NCBI GenBank assembly: GCA_964016885.1 | Contig: OZ024742.1 | Coordinates: 278,380,001 to 278,444,000 of the forward strand | Source of the DNA: Eledone cirrhosa | Taxonomy: Eukaryota | Length of the DNA: 64,000 nt | Reading direction: 5' to 3' | In this document: positions 41,878 through 60,780 of the stretch, piece after piece | Layout of the letters: the number at the start of each line of letters is the position of its first letter | How positions within the stretch are numbered: position 1 is the stretch's first letter | Made by a program: the position numbers and the translations under genes | The notes under the pieces: generated by a model | Databases searched by the model: none | What the model was told of the DNA's origin: nothing | The model's input: the letters and a program-made list of their open reading frames with translations, nothing else

Positions 41878-43518
41878 TTAAATGTGGGTAGTATCTGAGG
41901 AAACAAAGTTTACACCTTCGGTTTGTACCGAAGGATTATTGTATATGAGTTCATTTAATTTATTATTGTTTCTGTTGATGTAAGTATAGTGTAATGTCTT
42001 TTTTTCGGATGGTGTGAGTGTTTCCAAGAGGGGAGGGGCAGGTTTGGTTTTGTTTGTTGCTGGAGGGGTGTTTTCTGTTTTGTTGGATTGTGTTGAGATT
42101 TGGGTGGGGGTTGTTTGGCCTTGTGTGTTTTGCACATGTTTTCTTTTTTTCCTTTTAATCTGTCTGAAGGACTCCGTTTCTTCCTCCGAATTCGTTGGGT
42201 TATCTTCAGTGTTGGAGGGAAGAGGTATGTTTGCTGGTAATGTTTCGGTGTTGGTTTTCTTTGTGGGGGAGATGGATGTCACTATGTTAGACTGTGTTGT
42301 GTGTTGTGTCTGCGGTGGTTGTGTTGTTTTATTGAGTGAGAGGTTGGGTGGGCCTGTATTTTGTTTTGGGGTAATGTGTTGTGACTGTTTGTGTTGTGGT
42401 GGTGGTGTAGTTTTACTGACGGACGGGTTGGGTGGGACCGAGTTTTGTTGTTTGTTTATCTGTTGTGGTGGTGGTGGTGGTGGAGCTGGTGTTGGTAGCA
42501 GGGTTTTCTTTTTGTTGAGTTGGGGACAAGCGGCCTTCAGGTGCCCTCTGCCTGCACAGATATGGCAGGACGGCCTTCTCCCCTCCACGCTAATGTTTAT
42601 ATACCCGTGGTCCTCTAATAGGATTCTGTCGGGTATTTGGGCGATGCGTTCAGGCTTCATTTGCACTACCAGCTCTATACCTGTTCCACTGAACGCATTG
42701 CCTGTGGTTTTCCCAATGGAAATCACGTTGTCATTCACTGGATCGATGAAGCCAGCTATGAGCCAGCAGTAGTCCACATCTGGCATCATTGCATCCAGCC
42801 ATATGCGTTGAGTTCTTTTACTCATATAAGATGGATAAAAGGTAAAATTTTTCGAACGAATCGGTGACAAAGCACATTTTTTTGCCGCCGATTCTTTATT
42901 CATGATAATTGCTAGGCTTCCATACAGTCTGTCTTTTCTTATGAAAGTGGTTTCATTAAGTACTTCTGTGAGTACTGTTTTGATATCTGCTTGAGAAGGC
43001 TGTTCAGGTTTTTTTGTACTGTTGTTGATGGTCCGAAACTTGACCGTTCGGCTGTCAATGTCTTTGGTGAATTCTTGAGGCATTTTTACCGATAAAATAC
43101 CATTCTCTCCTTCACTTATGTATTGTTTGGCGTCTGTGATCCTTCGTGGCACATCTGAAATATTTTCCGCTATATAAGTCAAAGATTTCTTTGTTTTCTG
43201 TGCAAATGAAATCTTGTCGTCTGCTTTGCTTTCTGTTATGGTGTTATTTTCAAATGTTATTTTTGTGTTTGTTGTGTCTTTGTTTGTGTTATTAGTATTG
43301 TCATGCAATTTTTCAAATTTTTTTTTTTCGTTGTTGGAATCCATGTCCAGATTTGTGTTTTCGTCATTTTTTTTCTCCGCAGATTCGTCTGTTTTTATTT
43401 TAATTTTTCCTTCCTTCTCTATGACGTTAGTTGGGAAGGAAGGGGGGACTAAAGCGTGCGAGCTTACAACTCTTACCGCTGTCCCCCCACCACTATTTTC
43501 GTTCGCTGCGTTTAACAT
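41878..43518 (-). CDS. Tx1 ORF1 (nucleic-acid-binding protein, CCHC knuckle); probably continues by frameshift into 41618-41860
   Basis: 546-aa ORF with VEGRRPSCHICAGRGHLKAACP followed by a P/Q/T-rich tail. Confidence 0.85.
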   Translation of the reverse strand: MLNAANENSGGGTAVRVVSSHALVPPSFPTNVIEKEGKIKIKTDESAEKKNDENTNLDMDSNNEKKKFEKLHDNTNNTNKDTTNTKITFENNTITESKADDKISFAQKTKKSLTYIAENISDVPRRITDAKQYISEGENGILSVKMPQEFTKDIDSRTVKFRTINNSTKKPEQPSQADIKTVLTEVLNETTFIRKDRLYGSLAIIMNKESAAKKCALSPIRSKNFTFYPSYMSKRTQRIWLDAMMPDVDYCWLIAGFIDPVNDNVISIGKTTGNAFSGTGIELVVQMKPERIAQIPDRILLEDHGYINISVEGRRPSCHICAGRGHLKAACPQLNKKKTLLPTPAPPPPPPQQINKQQNSVPPNPSVSKTTPPPQHKQSQHITPKQNTGPPNLSLNKTTQPPQTQHTTQSNIVTSISPTKKTNTETLPANIPLPSNTEDNPTNSEEETESFRQIKRKKRKHVQNTQGQTTPTQISTQSNKTENTPPATNKTKPAPPLLETLTPSEKKTLHYTYINRNNNKLNELIYNNPSVQTEGVNFVSSDTTHI

Positions 43519-43749
43519 TTCTGTTAGACGATTGAAATTTTTTACACAAAATTTTTTAAAACAGGTTTTTCACCTCTAGGAGAGGTAAAGATGAGCTGAC
43601 CCACCACCTGACAGTTCAGACGGAGGGTCAAGCTACACAATTGTATCAAAATTAAGTTTGAACTCACAAAATTTCCTCAATAAATTTGAACAAAACTTCT
43701 GTGCGAAGTGAATGACATCCACACTGTAGAACAAACGACAGCTAGATTA

Positions 43750-43851
<102 letters not shown>

Positions 43852-44203
43852 TGTTTTAATGACTGTATAATTCAGTAATTCACCCTTATCCTTGTGAAGA
43901 GGTCCTAGTACTGTGGTAGACAGTGAAGAACAATTGAAGAAGGGGCATAGTAGGCAGCAACTTGGCACCAGATATCAGTGTTTAGTTTAGTGAAATGGGT
44001 TTTAAGATTCAGCAGTGTATACTCCTACACTGTTACATGGTCCTTAAGAACCATATATAATGGCAACCGCCAAGTAACATGTGTTCGTCGTTATTACTGA
44101 CAAGTGACTCCGTTTTTCCTGTCTTCCTTTTCGCGTCTACACAATTATTATTAGTGATGCGATGTTAATTCTTCTTTCTTGGCTCCTCACATAACCGATT
44201 CCA

Positions 44204-44328
<125 letters not shown>

Positions 44329-44662
44329 TATATATATAATTCTATAGACTTCTGACTGAGGAATGCTCTCAGAACTGACCAATGGGAAGTTTGACACTTT
44401 TTTTGTTATTATGTTCCTTTAACACCTTGTCCATTCTACCACTTTATCAATTTTTTAAGCTAACTCCAACAATAACAACACTTAGAATGAGGAATGTTCT
44501 AACAATTGACCAATGAGAGGAGAAGACGCCCTTTGACACTGAAATTCGTTTGTTTGAATTCATATGATTCCAGTTCCTCAACCAGGAACTGGGCATATCA
44601 GAGTATTGACAATATTATACACCTCAACAACATATGTACTTGTCTATATCACACTAATTCGG

Positions 44663-44720
44663 ACTGCCTGAAGAAGAGGTCACAGCCAAAGATGGCTGTC
44701 ACTGAAATATATATAGCAGT
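44663..44720 (+). ncRNA. Minimal type-I hammerhead ribozyme
   Basis: ACTGC-CTGAAGA-[..ACAGCCA(AAGA)TGGCTGT..]-GAAA-TATATAT-A-GCAGT: 5-bp stem I, intact core, palindromic stem III, followed by AATAAA. Lies in a ~430-bp island between TA/GA tracts. Confidence 0.75.
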
Positions 44721-44770
44721 AATAAACGAAGCTAAATTTTAAACATTTGACTTTTAATTTAACTTTATTT

Positions 44771-44809
<39 letters not shown>

Positions 44810-45312
44810 CTCCATGTTTGACTAGTACTTCATTTATCAAACACAAAAAATGGATAGGTAAAATTCACTTTGGCGGGATTTATGTGCTAATGGTACCCAC
44901 TTTTTCATAGTGATATTTTTATAAGTTCATTTATTGCAAGGATCCGCAACATCCTTCTTGCTACCACTTTTCACCCTCTATATGGTTCAGCGTCATAGGA
45001 CTGAACTGATAAATTGAAGTGGTTCTGGCCTCTATAATTCCTAAGCGAGGTGTATGTAACCTGTGGCTCAATAGTCGCATGTAACTCTTTATTTACTCTC
45101 AGGTGGCTTTTAAGTGCTGTGAAATTTTATTTAATTTTATTTCTTTAAATCCGCAATTTTGTTTTAACACAAAAGTCACGGCTTATCAACTGGACATTAT
45201 ATCGATTTAAGATGAAATTCAAATCCAAAATATCGCATTGAGTAATAACAAAGCTAAATTACTATTCCCTTGTATATGTCTTTATTCATAATAAAATAGT
45301 ATTATTATTATT

Positions 45313-45506
45313 AGCGCGTCGGACAATATGCTTTGCGGCATAGAGTTAAGTCCCTTTACGTTCTGAGTTCAAATCTCGCCAAGGTTAGCTTTGCCTTTCA
45401 TCCTTACGGGGTTGATAAAATAAAGAACCAGTATTGCAAGTGGGTTATTATAATCGACTTCCCCTCCTCCCTAAAATTGCTGGCCTTGTGCCTAAAGTAG
45501 AAACAA

Positions 45507-45554
<48 letters not shown>

Positions 45555-45700
45555 CAGTATTGGTAGAGCGTCGGACACCATGCTTTGTAGCATAGTGTTA
45601 CGTCCCTTTACGTTATAAGTTCAAATGCCGCCAAGGTTAGCTTTGCCTTTCATTCTTACGTGGTCGATAAAACATAGCAATTGCTGGCCATGTGCCTAAA
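45313..45700 (+). mobile_element. Two SINE family 1 copies joined by (ATT)n
   Basis: Core motif twice; (ATT)n at 45508-45554. Confidence 0.85.
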
Positions 45701-45996
45701 TCAATATGCAATTCCAATTCCGTTAATTTCTTCATAACCTGAAAGAAGCGTGATGAGGATAATCTAAGCAGGTTTCCTATGTATGTATTACTTAACCTAT
45801 TACACGAACCAGTGGACTGCCTTCCGTTCTGCATACATAATTTCCTTTACATCCACATTATCTGCTTTCATCGCTCCAAGAGATTTCCGTCAGATTTACA
45901 TCACAGCCGATTGTTTTCGATTTAATTAGCTGTGGTGATATTAGAATGTTATATATGTGTATGCTTCTATACAATTATGCATGTTTATATCATTTA

Positions 45997-46345
45997 GTGG
46001 AGGTGCATGGCTTAGTTATTAGAGCATTGGGCTTGCAATCGAAAGGTTGTGATTTCGATTCTTGGACCGGGTGATGTGTTGTGTCCTTGAGCAAGAGACT
46101 TTATTTCACGTTGCTCCAGTGTACTCAGCTCTAGAAATGAGTCTATTTATATCTTGGCGGTGGATTGGCAGTATCGGGAGAGGGTCGGACGCCATGCTTT
46201 GACGCATAGAGTTACGGCCCTTTCCATTGTGAGTTCAAATCCCGCCGAGGTTAACTTTGCCTTTCATCCTTACGGGGTCGATAAAATAAAGTACCAGTAA
46301 TGCATTGGGTAATTGCTGGCCTTGTGCCAAAAGTAGAAACAATTA
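45997..46345 (+). mobile_element. SINE family 2 (45997-46142) followed by a complete SINE family 1 (46156-46345)
   Basis: A/B-box-like heads and family cores. Confidence 0.85.
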
Positions 46346-46710
46346 TTTTTATGTATTTATGTCTGTTTTTATCGAAAGACACCCATAAAGTTTCTTGTCC
46401 ATTCAATTTGTTATCGGCTCCTATACATCGTCCCAACCGTGCGGTTCTCCAGTTTGTTGCGAAAACTGGCATTGCACGTGCAATTCCACCTTAATGCACG
46501 AAATGGCACACCAGCAAGGTGGCTCATGAGATAGGAGTCAGTTTTTTGTTGGACGTATGGAACTGTTTTTTTTTGTGTGCTTATACAAACATGCATATAT
46601 TCATGCATACACACAATTACTCATACACATATATATCCTAAACGATACACTACCGTCTTGAAAGAAAACTTTGCTTAAACACTAGATTACTCAGACTGAA
46701 TTATTAAGAA

Positions 46711-46782
<72 letters not shown>

Positions 46783-48028
46783 TTGACTCCGGTTGTGGAC
46801 TGTCATTATGCTATTCGAAATCGAAAGAATGAAAGCTGAAATCAACTCCGACAGGATTTGATCTCAGATCATAGAGAGCCGTAACGAATACAAGTACCAG
46901 AAAACCTCATATCCAACGTTCTAATTACTCTGTCAATTCTCAATCGAAATGTTAAATACAGAAGATTAAATATCCAGCAAGGTTGCTAGCTATCTCAGCT
47001 AGCTAAAATAAGATATGAAATCAGTGAAAGAGACACTAGAATGATAAATATGTACACTTGTCCTCCGAGACCTTCTGGTTAATCGTTCATACAAAATGTG
47101 TGCAAGAAAAGTGCGAAATTCTGTTTCTAAATTAACTCGTTTAAAGTTGAAGACAAGAAATTTCACTTGGGAGTGTCATCGTGTGTGATAGATTTCTTTC
47201 AGGTTGGAAAGACCAGTGCCAACAATTTACTCTCAACGGTGAGATGTATACGTTGTCCGAGTGGTTGGTATCGATCCACAAAGTGATTGATTTCTTAATG
47301 ATTGACACAGGCATGCAATAGTTGAATTTCTTTAGGATTTCAATACTTCATATTTAATTTAACTATTCCACTCATCATGATAATGATGATGATGATGATG
47401 ATGACGATGATGATGGTGTTGGTGGTGATGATGATGATGAGGAGGAAAAAGAGGGGGGGGGGGGCGGATCCTCAGCTGGTTTCGGAGATTAGCATTCAGC
47501 TTTTCTAACTACTGAACGTCCAGAGCGCGTAAGTCGTTGAGAATTTACAGTCACGTGTACTCTAACGCTAATTTCCAAGATGAATCAATATGACACAATA
47601 TATATGACAAAGCTAAATTTTTTAACTACGGAGTAATTAGAACGCAGTTGTCTACTCCCTGTACGCTCAGTGTAATTCTCGAACCGAATGAGCTTAGCTG
47701 GGCCATTGAATTTAGAGGCACAATCTATTCGAAGGATTTCCGTACATATTCCGCTTAATCATATTCTCTCAGAAGTTTTGAGTCTGTCCGGAGTTATAAT
47801 AAACTTACTTGCTCAAGATGTCAAGGATTGAACTCGCCACCTCATAATTATGAAGCAAACTTCTTAACCCAGCTATGCCTGCGTTCAAACGAACTTCTGC
47901 CTATATGACCGTATGAACATTGAACATGCCGTTGTTTAGCGGTGTATTTCATTATACATCTATCTATCTATCTATCTTTCCATCTATCTCTATCTATCTA
48001 TCTAACCATTTCTCTCTCTATATAAGCA

Positions 48029-48062
<34 letters not shown>

Positions 48063-48084
48063 GAGCTGAAAAATATCTTTTAAC

Positions 48085-48154
48085 ATGTTAAAATATCCCC
48101 CACTCACTTACAGACACATTCCTACTGACCATTCCTCTACCACGAATTACTCTG

Positions 48155-48227
<73 letters not shown>

Positions 48228-48716
48228 TCTTAATAGGCATTTGAACTGTCAACAGGCTGCGGTTCGCACACACATCGATGCTAACCATTATCACAACAAC
48301 GAACACTTTACTACTACTACTACACACACACACACACACATATTTGTTGTGAAAGTCATTTCTCAATCTTGGCGCAAAATCAATTTTTTACATTCACATG
48401 ACCTCGACCGACCAATCAAAATTGTTTTGACCACAAGAATTTTTGCAACACGAATTGGCGCAAAAACCAATTTTAATAGGGCTAGAGCCACTTTTTTAAC
48501 ATAATAACAGGTAGAATTCCCAAAACTAATCAGATCAGAGCAAACATCACGGACGCTCTATCTCAAAATTATTTTTGAAAAACATTTAGAAATCCGCAAC
48601 CGGTAAAACTTACAACCAAAACTGAATACTAACCAATACAATTACTAATTCTCATTTATTCCAAATTAAACTATTTTTCACTGTGAACAATTTGTCAGTA
48701 TTTTCTATTCCGTTTA

Positions 48717-48721
<5 letters not shown>
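48085..48721 (+). mobile_element. Longer single-orientation copy of the family forming the 13.3-13.7 kb palindrome
   Basis: 48533-48721 aligns to 13526-13724; the left boundary is uncertain. Confidence 0.65.
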
Positions 48722-48755
<34 letters not shown>

Positions 48756-48778
48756 GAAGTAATTCCGTCGGAAAGTTC

Positions 48779-53861
<5,083 letters not shown>

Positions 53862-54687
53862 TTTCCTTCTCCCTTTTCCAGACTCACTTTCATATAGATT
53901 ATATTCTTGTTGTTAAAATCCACTGTCAATAAATACACCAGGATCTTTTCATTCTGATGACTGAAAGCAAATGTTGTTTGCTGTCAAGAAACCACTGGTA
54001 AATGAACTAATTATCTTATGTTGTTTATTACATAACTATATATATATATATATATAAATATATACATATATGTGTGTATGTATATATCTGTCTGTCTATC
54101 TATATATGGCAAATAAAGAAAGATATCTATTCTATCAATATATATATAAATATAGATATAATTATATATAGAAAGACAGTTATAGATGAAATGTATTTGG
54201 CTACCGGTCTAGTATCGGAATTGGCCTAGTGCTAAATAATAAAATACATGTAGATGATGACGACGTTGATGATGATAATGACGATGATAGTAGTACATTG
54301 AATGTTGGTGTATGACAATCTATAAATGGATGTTTTCACTTGTGCTGCTGCTGCTGTTTCCTTCCACCTCTACTTCTAATGTTCTAACCCTGTTGTAGGG
54401 TCAACTAGGGACACACTATAACAGAAAGATATAAAGAAAAATGAATATATAAAATAAAGTCAAACAAAAACAAAATGGCGCTTTCTCAAAAATGTCTCAT
54501 AAGTTGTGTAGTATATTTTTTATTTTTTGTATTTATCTCTTTACACTGACGTCATTGTATTTATTGAATTATTGAATATCGAATTGTAGATTTGTTTGAA
54601 ATGAGATAAAATGAAAAATATTTCGAAAATGTTCTGAGATAAAATGATATCCAAAATTGTCACCGTTAGAATATATTTTACAAATAT

Positions 54688-54688
54688 A

Positions 54689-54752
<64 letters not shown>

Positions 54753-54857
54753 ATAATAATAATAATAATAATTGTTTCTACTCTAGGCACAAGGCCAGCA
54801 ATTACCCAGTACATTACTGGTACTTTATTTTATCGACCCGTAAGGATGAAAGGCAAA
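54688..54857 (-). mobile_element. (ACT)n(AAT)n tract plus the 3' half of a SINE family 1 copy abutting a Tx1 3' end
   Basis: SINE core stops at GGCAAA|ATGATTTCATTTATT. Confidence 0.75.
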
Positions 54858-57800
54858 ATGATTTCATTTATTAGGCACAAGGGCCGCCATAGAGGGGACA
54901 ATACAAAAGACTGGGACAGTGGGGTTTTTACAGAAAAATCGAGTAAACAATATGAATAACAATAACAAAGTAACAATAAAAATACAACAAGAAAAATTGC
55001 CCAATAGGGGGGATGACCACCCAGTGTTCACTCAGGTACCCCACCAATCCTGAACGACCCGACGCTTCGAGAGAACCCTGGAAGGACACCCCTCTCCTCC
55101 TCAAATTTAGCCACCTACAGCCGCATGACCAGAGTAGGCCCACTCACACCGGCCATTCTCGCCACATTCACCCGCCTTTCAGCAGATGTCCTGTGGGGAA
55201 GCACTTCTCTCTCCACCCTCACCTTCCTTTCCAAGTGAAACTTGAAAAAGTTGATGGGGGATTGGCCGAAGAGAAAAGTGTCTGTCTTCAGTCCTTTCAA
55301 CCTCGTCCATCATACAACCTCTTTCGCTACTGCTACCAGGCAGAGTAAAATTGCCTGCCCTTCCTGGCCAAAAGAAGGCGGCGGGTCGATCTTCACTATG
55401 GACTCGGCCGATAGCCGGATCCGTTCTACACGCGACAACAGCTGTTCGACATAACTCCACAAGTCAGTAATGCACGGACACTGGACGAGTGCGTGCAAAA
55501 CGGTTTCGTCGCTCTGCGCGCATCTCGGGCAGGTCCGTCTGACAGCACTTCTGTGCCTGTAGAGCTTATCTCGAACCGGCAGAGCCCCCCAGTAGCACTG
55601 CCAAGCGAGGGAATTTTGGAAATTATCAATCGTCCCCGGCTCGAAAGTCCTCCGGAACAGACTGGTTAGTTCGACTTCGTCGAATCCCAGAGCCTCTCCG
55701 AGTCCGTCGTCGCACTTTCCCACCACTAATCCTCTATAGAACTCGAGAGTGGAAGTTCCACTTACCGCATTGCCCACCTGGTAGAGGGCAGTGCGTGCCT
55801 AGCAACATTCCAGATGCCAGTCACCCAGTCTCGGTCTCTTCTTGACCCAGGACTGCAGCTCAGTCAAAGAAACGTGCTGCGGAAAGGCCCGTCTGACAAA
55901 CGGCGACAACACCTGTTCACCGTTTAGTCAGAATATCTGGAGATGCCGCAGCCTAAGCGTGTCTGCGTATCATTAGCCACGGCTTGCCCAGCCCTCCACG
56001 TAAAGGGTGCTGGCAGCAGATGGACCGCCTCACCAGCGGAACCTGACCCCTCCACAAGAATTTGAAGAGGAGACGCTCCAAGATGGCGAGGCGCGAACAG
56101 GGGCAAGAGACGACGGTCAGACGGTAGTAGATGACGGACGCGATGTACGCGTTCGCCACCTCCGCCCGACCTTTCAGAGATAGCTTCCTCCCAGCCCATT
56201 TCTGGGTGAGACTGGCTACCCTGTCCGTTACCTCATCCCAATGCATATCCACCTGGAGGTCTGTCTCGAACCAAATCCCGAGCAACATTACCGGTCCGTC
56301 CGTCCAACGCCTAAAGACGCTGTTGGACGGCATGGACATGCCTCTCCAGGTACCGAGTTGCAAGCCCACCGACTTTTCAGGTTTAAGTTTTGCTCCCGTC
56401 AACCTTTCATATTCCTCCAATAAGTTGCCGACCACCTTGATTTCTGAGGTGTCCAACACCATCACGGTGATGTCGTCCGCATAAGCCGACACAGCCTTTC
56501 CGCATCCAGGTTCGAGCGGGATGCCCTGCAACAGCTCCAGCTTGCGCAGTAAAGGCTCGAGAGTCAATACGTACAGAAGGGAGGAGAGTGGGCACCCATG
56601 ACAGACCGATCGGGAGACCTGAAACAGTTCCGACTGGTGGCCATTAATTTTGACCACCGGGCAGGTGCCGCTGTGCATTGTAGCGATCCAGCTTCTGCAG
56701 ACGTGGCCGAAGCAAGCCGCCTTGAGGACAGCCTCCAGGTACCGATGGTCGACTCTATCGAATGCTTCCGATTGATCTAAATTGATCAGAGCCCCACCGA
56801 AGCCAGGTTTACACCCTACCCTCTCTATGATGATGTATCGCATTAGGTAGAGGTTGTCGTGTATGGACCTGGTTTGGATTGTGCAAGTTTGCGCCTCCCC
56901 AACCAAATCCCCGACGACAAGCGCCAACCACTTCGCTAACACCCTGGCCAAAATCTTAAGCTCTGTGTTGAGCAGAGTTATGGGCCTGAAATTGTCTAAT
57001 GTGTCCCTCTTGTTCTCGTCTTTCCTTATCAGGGTCACTACGCCCCGGCTCACAGAACTGGGAATACCTCCGTTTTGCTGCCAGTTGCAGTAACAGGGTT
57101 TCGAAGAGATTGGAGAACAAGTCTGGAATATTTACGTAAAGCTCGTAGGGCAGACCATCCAAACCGGGTGAATTGTGCCTCATGCAGCCGACAAGGGCAT
57201 CCTGAATCTCGGCTGAAGTAATTGGCCTTTCGCAGCGCCCAGCGTCAGCCGGCGAGAGGCCTCACACATCCGCTTGGAATCGTTCAGCTCGTATCCATCT
57301 CGGTCCGTCAAAGACCGAATCGTGGTTTTATTACCACGCTGCGCCTCTGCCACGCGGGCCCATCAAACAGCTTTGGTTCCTTTGTTTCTCAGAGCACGCG
57401 CCTTAGTTCTGACAATGCAACCTTCGTGTTTCGCATTGAAGAAATGGTCTAATGCTATTCTCGCCGCTAGCACATCAGTTGCAATGCCACTACCAATAGC
57501 CTCGTCTAACTTATCTGCCAACTCCCCTCCTTTCTATTTTTCTCTAACGCTACTTCTTTGCTAAACTCTATCGACATTACTCTAATCTCTCTTTTGAGAG
57601 CCCCCCACCATCTATTGTTGACGACTCCCCTGTCAACTTTTTCTTAACTAAATTGTTGACCTGGTCCCTGTAAGCCTTACGTGCCGCAAATGATATATTT
57701 AGCTTCCAGTAACCAGGTCCTAACCTACACATCTTATCTAGGTCGACCATACAGATCACAAACTTGTGATCTGAATAGGCGACCGTTTCAAAACGTGGAC

Positions 57801-58262
57801 AGCTTACACTGCTTCTGTCTATTTTCCTAATGAATATCCTGTCTATATACGATCTAGATGACCCTATGCGGTTAGTCCAACTCCACACTGGCGCATTAGC
57901 GAAATCTAGCCGGTACCTGCCAGACAGTTGGAACTGGCTGATCAGGTTCTTGAGGCTTTTGCACCCCCAGCTCCTATTGGATACTCCCACACAGTCCCAG
58001 CGTGCGTCTAAGATGCCATTCCAGTCCCACGCTAACAGTAAAGGGCGAGACGTACACAGAAAGGCTTCCAGGCGTCTAAAGAAGTCCGGCCGTCCTGCCC
58101 CAGTAGGAGCATAGACGGCCACCAGTCTAAAGGCACCACCTTCGTTATTGTTCACGTCCAGGACCACCAACTTCCCGTCCGGGTCCCGGAAGATCGACCT
58201 TACCTCGATATCCAGGCCTTTCCTAAACACCACTGCTACCCTGCCTTCCATTCTCGGCCGGC
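54858..58262 (-). mobile_element. 5'-truncated Tx1-clade LINE, second subfamily (ORF2 only, disrupted)
   Basis: APE 57577-58251 (VAVYAP, SRSYIDRIF, YSDHKFV), RT 55953-57053 (AYADD), zinc finger 55310-55777 (CPRC..ETVLHALVQC). Confidence 0.92.
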
Positions 58263-59139
58263 TAACAGATGCAAAGCTTTCCTCTTGATGGCAGTGTGAG
58301 ATTTCTCATTGAGACTGCTGGAATTTCAAATTTGGCGGTCATTCTAGAACGGAGGGGTACCGTCGTTCAACATTAATATCGGTAAGGTTGTTTTTTTTAT
58401 ATCGATATTTGTCGGGCATCTACTGATGATTTATAAGTGCCCACCTACATATATTCCTACGGACTATGTGTAGGCTTCTACATAACCTGGACATTATTTT
58501 CCCAATGTGTAGAAAACTTATAAGGAAACGATCGTTTGGAAAGAGAGATATATTTTAATTATGTCTCATATAAAATAATACAACTGGCTATCCGCAAAAT
58601 ACGTATAGTTAGCACCCCAAACGTATAATTGGGATTATACTAAGGTATATCCTAATGTTTGTTGAGTGAGACGGAAGCCGGTCGGAGTATTACTTAAAGC
58701 TTTCTCTGTTAATGTATTAAATTAATATAAACTATTCATAAATATAACAATAATAATAATAATAATGATAATAATAATATAAATATCATTATTGTTAATA
58801 ATACATTGTGGTTTGTTTGAGGATTTTATCAATATTTCCTTATTTAAAGTGTTGATATTTAAAAGTCAGAGAAGGAAATTAACGTTTCAGTTTTGAAAGC
58901 AATACAGTTAATGTTTTCACATCGGCACCGTGTCATAGGTTATTCAGTGGCGAGGCTTTAGCTCAATTAAATCTTGCGCCCTAAATATATCACTGCTACT
59001 TCTTTTATCAATATTGGTCCAATTCAAGGTAAAATCGGTTATCTTGAGCGCATTCGATGCGTAAGAGGGACCTAATTAAATAGCACTAAACCTTTGATCA
59101 CACTCCTAAGATTGTACTGACCTACTTTTATGCGGTTTT

Positions 59140-59465
59140 TTATTTGAGGAACAGGTCAGGAATTTGAGAGGTAAGTTGATTATGTCAACTCCAGTATTGG
59201 CTGGTACTTAAGTTTAAGGGCGTCGAAAATAACGAAAAAGAAAGTTAACTTTGGTGGGATTTGAACTCAGAACACAAAGCCACAAACAGCTAGATCAAAT
59301 ACCAAAAACCATTTTGTCTGAAGGACTAACTACTTTGCAAAGTTCACCGCCCCTAATAAAAAAGGGCAGAGGGTATAGTCGATTAAATCAACGCCTGTAC
59401 TTGACTGGCATTTTATTTTGTTGATTCCGGTAAGAAGAAAAGCAAAGTTGACCTCGGCATGGTCT
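59140..59465 (-). mobile_element. Old, diverged SINE family 1 copies
   Basis: GGGATTTGAACTCAGAAC and GCAAAGTTGACCTCGGC motifs. Confidence 0.6.
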
Positions 59466-60695
59466 GAGTTCAATTGGGTGTACAGAATACTTGCTGCAGT
59501 GTAACTCAGAACCAGCTAGGTTTTAGAAAACCTGATGTGCTTAGGTAGTTTGCTGAACGCCTCTCTGCTATGGACGATAGGTATATTTTCCAAACATATA
59601 CATTAGGTTAAGAACTTTAATGCTAGCATTTGTTATTTAGTGCCAAGCTGTTCATTACGATCTTGACTATTTTCCCCCAGACTTAATGTACTCCAAATAT
59701 TTTCTTCTTAAGACAGTGCAGTGTGACTAGAATGAGATTTAGTTGCCTTTTCTAACAAGTTGGGTGACCATCCACGTTGAACGTTGCCTCGACGGTTGAC
59801 ATGTTTTAAAGATTTTTATTGACACTATGACAATTGCTAACAAACCGAAACTTACATTTCTAAAATGCTGAGTAGTTACTTTTACGTAAGCCATCACATT
59901 ATATTATCCTATTCTTAACATATGAGACACATCTATGCCCGGGAAAAATATATGTCCCTTTGAGCAACACATTAGTCCGAGTTGGGTGATAGGGATGGTG
60001 GTTTTAGGTCGTTAAACTGATGACAGATATAGCAATTTAACGACTGGAATAAAGCGATCGTCTATTCTCCATTCTATCCATTCTCGACATTCCGATAAAA
60101 TAGAATGATTTAAGTTTGTCGTCCAGAGGACATACGCAGCAGAATGCCTGCAGTAAAATTTGAATTCATCAAAACCCACGATAGTATTCCAGCTTTTAAC
60201 ATATTCAGATATTTTCCTCATCATTACACGTCTGTCGAAAATCCCCTATAGTTAAGGTACATACAGAAGCTTTCCTTATTTCAAAACAACATTGTCATGA
60301 CGATTTCATGAAAACACGTTTCTTTTGTCATTTCTGTCCATCTACACATGTTAAGGTGCGTGGTTTAGCGGTTAATGTTTTGGGCTCAAGTCACCAGATG
60401 TTTCGTTTAATTCTCAGTATGCTTAGCCAAAGAAAGAAATTGAATACCAGCAGAAACAATAGCGGAAGCTGAGGATTGTCCTTGTGACATTGAGGTGTTT
60501 CATCCAAGGAAGAGGCATATACTCTCTGGCTTAATGGCATATGAATCACTTACAAACTCTGGCCTAGTGAATTTCTAGGCCCGAGAAAAACTTTATATAC
60601 AAGATTTTATTTTTCTATCTAAATTTATTTAAAGCTTTTACTTATTCTTTTATTTTTCAAGTTTATTTTCTTTGCAATTTTGTTTTGTGTTTTTA

Positions 60696-60780
60696 CTGAT
60701 GAAGAGCAAGTGTCCGCACGTTGCCTATGAAACTTACTCTTCTTCCTCGAGGCGTAAAACTAATACACTTCTTGTTATTG
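60696..60780 (+). ncRNA. Degenerate hammerhead-like PLE end
   Basis: CTGATGA-A..GCAAGTG(TCCG)CACGTTGC..GAAAC, followed by GCGT...TAATA as after the 12221 motif; stems I and III are decayed. Confidence 0.4.

Larger units (their letters stand above)
37934..43745 (-). mobile_element. Near full-length Tx1-clade (L1-like) LINE
   Basis: 5' UTR, CCHC ORF1, APE-RT-zinc finger ORF2, 3' UTR with AATAAA; both ends abut (GATA)n. Confidence 0.95.

Noticed and set aside
42014-42772. 252-aa plus-strand ORF and other ORFs antisense to Tx1
   Set aside because: Shadow frames of the compositionally biased Tx1 ORFs.
45997-46070. tRNA-like sequences here and at ~1750-1823 and ~6150-6215
   Set aside because: SINE heads with no intact cloverleaf, continuing into SINE body.
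47203-47238. 36-bp candidate micro-exon (TTTCTTTCAG|...|GTGAGA)
   Set aside because: Splice-like signals alone are not enough; no recognisable peptide or neighbouring exons.
53954-53967. CTGATGA-CT-GAAA
   Set aside because: No room for stem II.
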